From contig NC_068995.1 in NCBI RefSeq assembly GCF_001194135.2, forward strand, positions 10,756,230 to 10,820,229: 64,000 bases of DNA. The letters run 5' to 3'. The notes beneath the pieces are model-generated. The model saw nothing but the letters and a program-made list of their open reading frames with translations. It was not told where the DNA came from and did no database searches. This stretch comes from Octopus bimaculoides (lineage: Eukaryota). Positions 11,411 to 24,700 of the stretch are shown piece by piece; the stretch's first letter is position 1, and each line of letters starts with the position of its first letter. Both the position numbers and the translations under genes were made by a program.

Positions 11411-14400
11411 TGCCCGGATGCAGTACCAGGCTGTGACTTTCATGGCTTCTGATCTTAACTGATTGGAAGTGTTATCATGTACATTCTTTTGTCTTGGTAT
11501 AAAAGATGAGACTACAGCAAATATTCTGCTCAATACCACAGATTTGCTTGTCAGTTGTTTGACCTTCACCAGTTGAGCATGTCCCTTAGTGGCTGACAAT
11601 ATGTGCATCTCTGATCATGAACAGAAGTAGTTGGGGAGCATCATAGCCATGTGTTGAGAGGAATTCTTTGGGGTTTGAATAATTCACTTTTGGAAACATG
11701 GGTGTTTTGCTCAACATCCTTAAACAAACCTTGTTCAGGGACCTGTTGAGCAGGATGGGCTACTCGACCTGAAGAAAATTCTAACTGGGCCTCACCTGCA
11801 AGGTCATGCACAGTTTATCTTGATATGAAATTACCATGTTATGCATCTATGATTGTGATGCATGTGTCTGGTATATCCATATTAGATGGGTAGTCATGAT
11901 GGCTATATTTGGCTTCATATATTTGTATCCCATTGTCACTCTGATGGCATGTATTGCTCTCTCACTCAATAATAATAATGATAATAATAATGATAATAAT
12001 AATGATAATAATAAAGATCTTGAAATAGAAATTGGCAAAATGTGTAACCTGAAGACTAAAACAATACCTGTTGGCATAGGTGCCCTGTGAATGATAGCAA
12101 AAGGGGCTGATTGCTACCTTGCTCAGATACCAGGAAATCCCAAAATGGCAGAAATTCAAAAGATAGTTCTCATGGGAACTGCCCACATCCTATGTAAAAT
12201 ACTGTCTGTAATCTAAAATTTTAAAATAAACTCATAATTTTCTTATGGTTTCTTAAACATTCTCTAGAACAACACTATGTGCAAAACCAAATATATGGCA
12301 CCCTAAGCTTAACACCAACACAAACTTCTAATGTGTTGTCTCTTAAGGTCTCTGGGTGAGACTTGAAACCAACTTGTACAAATGCAAAGCAAAAGTCAAA
12401 CATAAAATAATAATAATAATAATAATAAAGCATGATTAAAATATATTACTTACATCTATTATCAAAACTTCTGCTTTAAGACGCTTGATTTTATCGATGC
12501 CGCTAAATGGATTGATCACAGGATCTCGAAAGTAGTGTAAAACCGATTTCGTGGTGGTGTGCGTTTGGTTCAGGTGCTGCACAGTCTGAACATCGTCCAT
12601 TAAGAAAGCAAGTTGCTCTTGATGAGACCGTACTGCACGGCGTGTTATATGATGGTTCAGACTTATAGGGCAGGGCGGAGTGGGGCATATCATTGTAGTG
12701 TTGTTCAAAACTACACAGTTCTGTGGACAGAAAACAAACAAACAATTGATAAACAAATAAATAAACAGAAAATACTTAAACATGAACAAAAACAGTTAAA
12801 TATACCAAGTAAACCCATGAATAATACCATACTCTCTTTTTACTCTTTTACTTGTTTCAGTCATTTGACTGAGGCCATGCTGGAGCACCACCTTCAGTCG
12901 AGAAAATTGACTTTAAGACTTATTCTTTGTAAGCCTAGTACTTATTCTATCGGTTTCTTTTTGCCAAACCGCTAAGTTACGGGGACGTAAACACACCAGC
13001 ATCGGTTGTCAAGCGATGGTGGGGGGACAGACACACACATACATATATATATATACATATATATGACGGGCGTCTTTCAGTTTCTGTCTGCCAAATCCAC
13101 TCACAAGGATTTGGTCGGCCCGAGGCTATAGTAGAAGACACTTGCCCAAGGTGCCACGCAGTGGGACTGAACCCGGAACCATGTGGTTGGTAAGCAAGCT
13201 ACTTACCACACAGCCACTCCTGCACCTGCATAATATTCGTTTCAAAGTTTTGCACAAGGCCAGCAATTTTAGGGGGGAGAGTGTAAGTCAATTACATCGA
13301 CCCCAGTATTCAACTGGTACTTATTTTATCAACCCTGAAAGGATGGAAGGCAAAGTTGACCATGGTGTGCATAATATTGAATTAAAAAAACCCTTGGATG
13401 TTTATAGATGTGGGTTGAAGCCCCATAGGTAACCTTTGACTTTTTATTATCCAAGGGATCTTTGGCTCAGTAGTCTACATGCTGTTATTTATAGCTTTTT
13501 TTTAAGGCAGCGTAAAAAGCACTGGTGCTGGTGCCATGTGAAAAGAACCCAGTACACACAATAAAGGGGTTTTAACAGGGGTTGGTATGGTCAGGGTCAA
13601 CGCCAGGTTCCAATTGTCTGTTTTGGCATCGTTTGAACGGGTGCATGTCCTTCCTAACACCAACCACATTACAGTGTGTATTGGGTACTTTATACATGGT
13701 TTCAATCACTGACAGGGTCATCAAATACCTAGCAAGACAAAACCCCCTTAACTGGGAAGGGGAAGAAGTATTGAGGCTTTGTACCAATTGAGATATTAAT
13801 GATATAAAGGGACAGAGATAGATGTCTTGGTGTGTGGTAGATGCAAGATTATCCCAGTTGGAAAAGAATGGAGAGCGAGTTTAGAAAGTAATATATACAC
13901 ATACACACACATATATATATATATAATATTTTTTCTGGATGAAAATATTTCTTCCATTTAGAGCATTATTCCCTAGGTTTCCAAGGTTTTTTTTTATCAT
14001 ACTTTATTTACCTGTTCACTGACAAGATTCCGTGCATCACAGAATGTTTTTCAGTGGACAGGCTGCAGTTTCAAAGCAATGAAAATATTTTGAGAAATTA
14101 AATTTAAATGTTGAAGTGAATCTAATGGTTTTTGTGTGTTTTTAAATGGCTTATAAAGACCTTCCATACTGCAATTGTTTTTGTTTCAGCACATGATCTC
14201 AGATCAGGTCACTTGCTATGCAAGTACATCTCTGTAATATATATATATATCAACAATGATAATGATGAGGATTATTACGAAATTGCATAGCATTACTTTT
14301 AATTCCTTTTAATATATATACAACTTCACATAGACCTACACATGTTTCAACTGCATTGGTTAGCAACCATTGCAATCCTACTATAAATACCAGTGCATTT

Positions 14401-17400
14401 TCTTCAGGGTCTTTACTTAATATCCTTTGATCTACTCTGCATTGTATGATGTAGAGTTGTTCATTAAATTAGATGTGAACAATCTCCATTTCAAGTCTTG
14501 ATTGGATAATCACTTGTTATTTCAAACCATTCTGTTGTTTTAATGTTTATTATTCATTTATACTGGGAAAATGGGAACAACAACAACACAAAAAAGACAA
14601 AGAAACAAAAAGTTTTGACAGTTACCTCATATTTGGTTTTATTGGGCTGTGAGTTGTCGCTGGAAATATACATCTTAGGATATTTCACAGCATGGAAATT
14701 TTGACCAGTGACTGTTAAATTCATGCCACCACTGAAAGAGGAAAAACAATTACATCATCACCAATCATCATCATCATTATCATCATCATTATCATCAGCA
14801 CCACATTTATTGATCATCAATTAAAGTCTACTTTTCCATGCTTGCATGGGTCAGAGTCTGTCCCCTACCTCTCTCTTGCTCCCCCACTCTCCCCCCCTCT
14901 CTCTCTCTCTATATATATATAATATATATAAAGGTGCGAAACTGAGTATTACCATTCAGGTTATCGCTTGACAACAGATGTTGGTGTGTTTACATCCCCG
15001 CAACTTAGCGATTCGGCAAAAGAGGCCGATAGAATAAGTACTAGGCTTACAAAGAATAAGTCCTAGGGTCGATTTGCTTGACAAATGACTGAAACGAGTA
15101 AAAGAGAGTTATTGTATATTTATAATTGAATATAATTAGGAATCTTTTATGTTTTAATATCGTTTGACTGCAGCCATGCTGGAGCACTGCCATCAAGTGT
15201 TTTAATCGAAGAAATCGACCCCTCAGGATTTATTCTTTGTAAGCCTAGTACTTATCCTATTGGTCTCTTTTGCTGAACCACTAAGTTACGGGGACATAAA
15301 CACACCAACATTGGTTGTCAAGTGATTGTGGGTGGGACAAACACAGATACAAAGACATACATACACACAAATATATACACACTGACACACACACACATGC
15401 ATGTATGTATGTATATATGTATGTGAGTGTATATATAAACAAAGGGCTTCTTTCAGTTTCTGTCTACCAAATCCACTTACAAGTATTTAGTCAGCTCAAG
15501 GCTACAGTAGAAGACACTTGCCCAAGGTGCCACACAGTGGGGACTGAACCCAGAACCATGTGGTTGGGAAGCTGTTAAAACATTTTGTATATCGTAGAAG
15601 TATAACCAATTTACTGCAGATAAATTTTAACCCCCAAATCTTATATAGATCCCTAAGTGCCGGCATAAACCCTGGTTGGGGGCCACTGAATCAAACCCTT
15701 CAATGTGGTGCCCCTGACCAAAGAATGAGACGAGTCAAAGAGCAAAGGAACATAATCTGACGACATCCAATTCCAAGAATTCTGCTCAAACTGAGAACAG
15801 GCATGTCAGAGTTTTTTTAGATTTATTTCTAGAGAAACATCCATTTTTGTTTTATACACATCATATTCTATAAGTGCAAACTATTTTAGTTGACATTCAG
15901 TGATCGTGATGCCAATCTGCATATGGTATTTCTGTCAAATACCATTCAAAATGTCAATGCCAGTCATTTTCCTGTTCTTCATCAACAAATGGTAAATGTA
16001 TTGATTCATCTTTTCCATGTTGTATTTTTTGTTTTCTCTTTGTGTTTTTTTTTTTTTTGGTTATGCTGATTGAGGATAGTCAGAACAGTCACTAGTTTCA
16101 CTGGGGATGGTCACAGCATGGAGAGCAACAATTACTGGACACAGAATTTCAGAGACCATGGGTCAGTCAATGTATTTGTATAGTTTTTAATCATGTCTCT
16201 AACGATGATATTTTTGTTAATTCGTCACCTATAGTCTTTAGGATAATATAATTAAATAATTTGTCTTAATTAGATAAAGTATATTGCATACAGAGTCCCA
16301 ATTATGTTTCATCCACATAAACATATATTAATTAATGGTAGTCTCTTAAGTTTGAAAAAAAATAACACATTCCAGTTAAGGCCACTCCAGTTGTTTCAAA
16401 TAGTATATCTAATCTCTCTCTCTGTTTTAAGATAAAGCACGAGATTTGAGGATGATTTAGCTGGTATTTCTAGCACCTGAATGAATGAGTTTAATAAAAT
16501 CATCCAAATATGAAACATCATGAAAATTGTTTAAACCAAAGTTCTTCTTGAGCGACACATTTTTCCATTCCAGTCAATACAGAATTTATTATTATTATTA
16601 TTATTATGCGCCCTTTTAAAGCCTAGCCAAGCTCATGACCCCGGTTTCCCAGTTTCTATGGCATATGTGTTCCTCCCAGCTGGACGGGACGCCAGTCCAT
16701 CACAGCATTACTGAAGAAACAGGAAGAAAGAGTGAGAAAAAGTTGGGGCGAAAGAGTACAACAAAGGTCACCACCACCCCCTGCCAGAACCTCATGGAGC
16801 TTTATGTGTTTCTGCTCAATAAACACACACAGTGCTTGGTCTGGGAATCAAAACCGCGATCCACCGACTGCGAGTCCGCTGCCCTAACCACTGGGCCATT
16901 GCGCCTCCACAGTCAATACAGAATTACAGACAGTATTTATGGAATTTTGATTTACTGTCGGGCGACTTTTGGCCAACCCTGTATGACCAACATACTCTCA
17001 GGAAAACACACACAGACAAACAAATAAACTAGACACATCAAACAAATACATCAGGAAAGAAAAAAAAACAAAACAAAACAGAAGAAAAAATAGACGATAC
17101 CTTGAAATACTTTTTAATGGATGTATTCGACTAATAACAGGATCAGTAAGATATCTGAAGAAATTTTTATGGTTACATCTGTGATCATCAAACATCATTG
17201 TGAAATCTAGAGGTTTTGTGGTGTTTCTGGTATTTTTCGAGGTCTTGCAGATACATCTTTTTTCTTCGCAGCTTGTAATATTGGTAATTTTTTCACCACA
17301 GCTGCCTGTGCTAACAGTACGACTGCAAAATGGTCAAAGAAGAACAGGGAAAAACAAAAAAAAATCAGTAAAGAAATAACAAAAAGTGATATAAAAAAAA

Positions 17401-18672
17401 GATGCTTGATTGATTACTAATAAAGACTAGTGAAGATGGTTTTTCATCTTTTATCTTTTACTTGTATCAGTCATTTGACTGTGGCCATGCTGGGGCACCG
17501 CCTTGAAGGGTTTTAGTTGAACGAATCGATCCCAGGACATATTTTAAAGCCAAGTACTTATTATAGATATATCTTTTGCCAAACCACAAAGTTACGGGGA
17601 TGTAAATGCACCAACACTGGTTGTCAAGCTGGGACAAACACAGACATACACACACACACACACATATATATAAATAAACTATGGACTTCTTTCAGTTTCT
17701 GTCTACCAAATCCACTCACAAAGCTTTGGTTGGCCAGAGGCTATAGCAGAAGACACTTGCTCAAGGTGCCATGCAGTGGGACAGAACCTAGAACCATGAG
17801 GTTAGGAAGCAAGTTTCTTACCACACAGCCATGCCAGCACCTATATCTATTAATTTATTTTATTTTTGTTTTCTTAAGTCTGTGTGATTAAGAAACTTGC
17901 CATGTGACTTCTGTTTTAGCTCCACCTCACAGTGCCATGAGCAAGCGTCTTCTCCTATGGCCCTGGGCCAACCAATGCCTTGTGAGCAAATCTGGTAGAT
18001 GGAAACTATGGAAGCTCATCGTGTGTGTGTGTGTGTGTTTATGTATGTATGGATATGTGTGTATGCATGTATGTATGTATGTGTGTGTATATATGTATGT
18101 GTATATATATAATTATATGTTTGTTTTTTTGTGTGCGTCTTTGTGTTTGTTCCCCACAACCACTTGACAACTGGTGTCAGTTTGTTTACATCCCAATAAC
18201 TTAGCAGTTCAGCAAAAAGGACTAATAAAATAAGTACCAGACTTAAAAACAAATACTGGGGGGGGGGTCACTTTGTTCAACTCAACATGAAACCCCTTCA
18301 GGGCAGTGTCCCCAACATGACTACAGTCGGATGGCTGAAACATGTAAAAGAATGTAAGATAATGAAATCAATCAAGTTTTATAGGCAACGATTGGCAGAA
18401 TCGGTAGAGCGTTGTGCAAAGCAAAAATACAGTCTTTGTAGTATGAGGTGGGCGCTGGAAGATTCCTGGCTTTAAGGGTGTTGTGAAAGGCCTGGTCGGA
18501 GGCCCAACCTTCTGAGTTCTTTTACAGGGCTTAGAAAAACTGAAGGACCACTGCAATAAGTGTGTGAATCTGAAGAGGGAATATGTTGAATAATATCATG
18601 ATTAACTGATTCTCCTATGTTTTCTTTTAACCCAAAGCCAAGATCTTTCCAGTATGCCCTTATATATGTATG

Positions 18673-18744
<72 letters not shown>

Positions 18745-21704
18745 TACCAACATATATATGTATATATACATGCATATGTGGGTACAGGACACCCAAAAAA
18801 CGTTAAACACAACAAGAAACGGAAACATAAAAACGAAAATATAGAAAACGAACTATATATGTGTATATATATATATTTATATACATGAGGTGAGCGCTAA
18901 AAAGTTCCTGACTTTAAATGTATCGTGAAAGGCCTGATTGGAGACCCAACCTTCCAAGTTTTTTTACAGTGCTTAGAAAAACTGAATGATCACTGCAATA
19001 AGTGTTTGAATCTGCGAGGGGAACATGTTGAATAAAATCATAATTAACTGATCCCCTGTATTTTCTTTTACCCAAAACCAGGAACTTTTCAGCACCCCAT
19101 TCTATTTGGTCACATCACTTTTACATTCCTGGTTCAGTTATCATGGGGTCGATATAATCAATTGTTGTTTTGAAGACAGCATTATGAGTATTGTATAACC
19201 ACAGTTATATGAGTGCAATTGACAAAAGTATTATAGGAGATATCGTTAACGATTTACCTTTGAATATGGCAATCAAATGATCCAATTTTCGCAACTATAT
19301 TCATTCCAGTGTTGAGATGTCGACCCATAATTGTAATCAGCGAACCACCTGACATTGGTCCAATATTTGGAATAATTTTGAGGACTTGTGGATCCTGAAT
19401 GACAGAAGAAAAAAAAAAATATATAAATAAATAGAAAACAGCAAAAATATAATTCAGATTTCCTCAAATACAATAAAATGCTGCATGTTTGGGTGGTAGC
19501 ATGGAGGGGTCATTTGATAGGTGACAGCGCGATATGTCTGGTATAATGGAAATATGTTTTGTTTTAGTATTTGAGGAAATCTGTAGTGGCCCCTGGCTTT
19601 GCCAGTTCCTGTCAAGCTGTCCAACCCATGCCAGCATGGAAGGCAGACATTAAACAATGATGATGATGATGATGAAGAATACCTTGTGAATTGATTTGGT
19701 GGACAGAAATTGAAACAAGCTCATCATGTGTGTGGTGTGTATGTGTGTTTATATTATGTTTGTTTTCTACCATCACCTTGACCATCGGTGTTGGTTTGTT
19801 TATGTCCCTGTATCTTAGCAGTTTAGCAATGAGACTGATAGATTAAGTACTAGACATAAAAAATGAGTGTAGGGAGTTCAGGGCAGTACTCCAGCATGAC
19901 CATAGTCCAAAGACTGAAACAAGTAAAAGACTAGGTCATAACCATAATCATGTCCAGAGAATGTGTGGAGAGCCGCTTGTTATTGTTGTGAAGAATGGGT
20001 TTTAGACAGGTGGCGCACCCTGGTGGTCAGTTACTGTATGGGAAATAATTGTTTCTAGATTAATTTTGGTGAGATTAGGAATCTGAATATTAAGTCAAAG
20101 ACTGAGAAAGAAAGTGCACAAAATATACACATTTCAATACTTTTCTTACTTGTTTAACCCTTTAGCACCTAAACCAGCCATATCCGGTCAAATAATTCTA
20201 CCTGTTTTATGCTCAAACTGGTCAGATCTGGCCTCACTCATCTACCCTATAATGTCATTCTAAAAATAGACAACCACACCATCAGAATCTCTAAGCGACA
20301 ACATAATGCTTGATTAATCCAAAACAATATGGATTAGTAAGTATTACATTTGACAGAAGAATCTGAACACTAAATAATTAAGATAACCAATCGTTAATTG
20401 TTAGCATCTCTGCAAAGAAAATGCTTAACAGTGTTTTGTCTATCATTATGTACTGAGTTCAAATTCCACCGAGGTCGCTTTTGCCTTTCATCCTTTCAGG
20501 GGTCGATAAAATGAGTACCAGTTATGCACTGGGGCTGATGAAGTCGACTTATCCTCTCCCACCCCAAATTTCAGGCACTTGTGCCTTTAGTTGAAAGGAT
20601 TATTAATACTATTATTATTGGTAAGGTGGAAAGGTGGGATAACTGTTAGCATGCCAAGTCAACCTTGGTGGAGTTTGAACTCAGAACATGGAGACAGACG
20701 AAATATCGCTAAACACTTTATCTGGCTTGCTAACGATTCTGCCAGCTTGCCACTTTAGCTAATGATGATGATGATGATGATAATGATGATAATAATAATA
20801 ATAAGCAAACCACAGCACATATCCAAGGCACACAGAGCTGTGCTTGGTAGTTTAGTGAAAACATGAAAAATAAGACTACTGAATAATAATAATAATATTA
20901 ATACTAATACTAATATTAATAAATGTTAATTGTCCGTTCTATGGTGTCCAACCATTTTATGCTATATTCTTCACACAGGGTGTCTGCTAATACTATCGGA
21001 CAAGATGAAGGAATACACAAGAAGCAAAAGTTTGAAGACCTCTGATGTTGAGCTATAGCGGATAATTCAATTTTAATGAGTTGCAAACGATGAATATTAA
21101 AATTTGAGTATATTTCTGTAGGTTTAATTAGATAAAGTATGGACATACACCTATCTCCATATGAAATATGTTAAATTAAGTTATACGACTTTTAGATTTA
21201 ATTAAATAAGTATATAGAGCGTTTTCAATATATATAAAATATGTTAAATTAAGTTATATGACTTTTAGATTTAATTAGATAAGTTAAGAATAATTTCAAT
21301 ATATCAAATATAAATTTTAAGTTACATGACTTTCAGATCATAGTTTCAATGGTTTTTCACATCTGCTTATTTTCTTCTTCTTCTTCTTCTTCATCATTAA
21401 ATCTCCATTTTCCATGCTGGCATGGGTTGGACGGTTTTTACAGAAGCTGGCAAGCTGAAGAGCTGCACCAAGCTCTGATTGTTTGCTTCGGTATGGTTTC
21501 TATGGCTGGATGCCCCTCCTAATGCCAACCACTTTACATTGTGTAGTTGATGTTTTTTATATGGTACCAGCACAGGTTTAAAAAAATTATCCATTTGTGA
21601 ACAGGGTATAGAGACGTTTTGGTACAGCTGTTTTAGTACTGCCAATTCAATGCTGATTGCAGGCAGGTTACAGCTCTACTGGATCAGTAATGACCTGAGG
21701 CCAC

Positions 21705-21738
<34 letters not shown>

Positions 21739-24700
21739 AAGCAGCTTTTAAGGGAAGGTTTTTTAAGAGAAATCAAAGACATAATCTACCAACCTTATAA
21801 AAAAAATATTTCGTAGATGAAGTCCAGGAGTCATTGATCTTCACCTTTACATAGCCTTGGCTCTCCTGGGAGCTGGAACTGTGGCCTGCTTTGCATACAA
21901 TTCTAGAGAAATTGGATAAAGTGAAAGAATATATTTGCAAACATAAGTGCGTGTGAGTATGAGCACACATACATACATATGCGTGTGTGTGTCCGTCTGT
22001 CTGTCCCAGTTGGTGTTGTCACTGCATCTTTTGCATATCTGGGTGATTTTGTTATGTGCATAATTCATCTTTGCTTTCCCTATCAAGGCCAAGATGAACG
22101 ATGCACGTAATGAGATTGCCTCAGATACGCAAAAGATGCAGTAATAATACCAGCTGGTATGCGCATGTTACTCAGATCCTAAAGATACTTGGGGCCAATA
22201 CACACACACACACATATACATATATACGGATGTATATATATCTGTGTGTGTGTGTGTGTGTGTGACTGTGTGTGTGTATATATAAATAGCGGAGGAATAA
22301 ATTGTTATTCGACCAGGAAACCCTAGGTAGCTGTATTTACAAGATTTTCAGTTTTTTTATTATAAGATTATCTTTACTGATTGAGTACTTTTCTACATGT
22401 TGAATGATTACCACATAATATATATATATATATATATAATTGAGTAGTTTAAATACATAATTAATTCATTTGGAAGCAATGGGTTGTCCATATCTACTGG
22501 AGAAAACAATGAAAAATTGTTATCATGAAACTGTTACTGATTTAAATACAAGACAAAATATATACTGTTAAGTGCATATGTGTGTTTGTGTGTGTGTGTG
22601 TATCTAAGTATGTTTTTATTCCCCATGTTTTTTTGTGATTTTTGGTAAACAGAAAATGTGTGAAATCTTGTCTCTTATGCCAATACATGCTAATCTCTTA
22701 TAAGCTTTAAGCTTATAATAATAATAATAATAATAACAATAATTATTATTATTTGCAGAATAATTCATTTAGACCAGCAGTTCTCAACTGGGGTCCCTAT
22801 GGTCCTTAAGGGTCCATTTAAGATCTTCTTATTAAAATTCATGTGAAATAAATTGGTTATACTTCTACAGTACACAAAATATTTTAACAAATTTTTAATA
22901 CAATTTCTAATGTGTAAAGACCTCCCTCGGTCATGAATGACCATGAGATTGCATCCAGAGAGTTCCCACCTGAGGAACAAGTAAGAGCAAGATTGTTTTA
23001 TGCAAGACTAGCAGTCACCCATGTATACCAGCCTCCCCTCTTCACGCCACCGATGTTATCCAAGGGAAAGGCAAAGGGGGCCCCAATACAGCTTGGCACC
23101 AGTGACATAGCAACTCATTTCTACAGCTGAGTGAACTGGAGCAACGTGAAATAAAGTGTCTTGCTTAAGAACACAACATACAGCCCGATCTGAGAATCAA
23201 ACTCACTACCTCATAATTGTGTGCCTGAGGTTCTAACCAGTGAGCCATGCGCCTTCACTGGATTCATAATAGTATTCAGTTACAAAAATATAATGTAATT
23301 TTTTAAACATTGAATAGTTTGGAGGGAACCAAAGGGGTCCTTAGGAAGAAAATGATTGAAAAACACTGATTCAGAAGCAATGTGTTACCTATACCTTCAG
23401 CAGAAAAAAAATAATGGTAAACAGTTTCCTGGTTACCATTTTTCTTGGAAAAGGTGTTTGTTATTGCAAAGACAAATTTTTAGAGTAAAATAGAAAAATT
23501 GTTTTACCTTTTTGATACTTTGTATTGTGACTTTATTGGTTCACATGCATTTCCGTCTAAGGTTACATTCTTAACATCTTCAAAACGAATTCCAAAATTC
23601 TGGCCCTCAATTGTTACGTTAGTGCCTCCCCTTACAGGACTGGACATAGGATAAACCTAGGTGGGACAAACATTAAAGAGAACTTGTCAGAAAATAAGAA
23701 CAGAATAGTTTGTTCAAAGAAAGGCTTTATAAAATGTTTTTGAAGAATTTCTAACAAAGCTACTATATACATACACACACACATAGTTATATGTACATAC
23801 ATATATACATACATACATACATTTTTGCATAAAGACTTAGGGTGATCTTTTTTTTAGACAGTTTGCTTTTGCGGGGCAAAATGTGTTTATATACAATCAA
23901 ATCCAGTAAAATATTTAGAAAGGAAAACAGCAATGCTTACACATGCTATCTTAGGAGCAGGGCAGGAGTCCATTATTTGACCACTGCATTCAACTTCATT
24001 CTCACAGCCTGTACTGCACCAAACACACTTCATGCTAGGATATCTCCAATATGTACTCAAACACTGACCACAGTCTGCTCCAACCCGGTCACACCTGTAG
24101 AACTCAACTACAATTAAGAAAACAAAACGAAAAAAAAAAAATGAAAAAGAAATGAAGTTATTAAAATGAAAAACAAAAAACAAACATTCATGACAAAAAC
24201 AAAAATAAAATGTAATTACGGACTAGGCTGGATGGTTAAGAAGCATGAGGTTTGCAACCCTAGGGTTTTGAGGTTGAGCACCTTGGGTGAGTGTCCTGTT
24301 TTGGCCTTAGGCTGACCAATACTTTGTGAATGAATTTGGTAGATGGAAACTGTGTGGAAGCCCATTGAGTATATATGTTGTTGTAGGGAATTAGTAATAA
24401 TGGTATGCCCCTCCTGTATGATGAATGGAATAACCTAGCCACTATAAGTAAAGAGAAGTACATGAAGTACTGGAGTATGTAGTAAGCAGTCAGAGATAGT
24501 TGTGTCTTTACTGGTTTTATTAGGTATATTGTGTACTGAAGTGGACGTTACAATAATCCAACATTTGTAAAGATAAAACAGTGGTGACGAGGATTTAAAC
24601 AACTCATGAAAAATTTATGAACTCAACAAGGATTTAAATAACTTGTGAGGAATTAATAAACTCTGAGGAATTGATAATTCATGAGGAATTAACAACTCAT

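Noticed and set aside
13142-13432. Recurrent small ORFs such as [25 protein letters not shown]
   Set aside because: They are antisense translations of the family I SINE head, repeated at each copy.
15770-16010. Possible degraded Tc1-like helix-turn-helix on the minus strand ([11 protein letters not shown]...)
   Set aside because: It is too fragmentary, with several stops and no TIR or catalytic motif to support a call.
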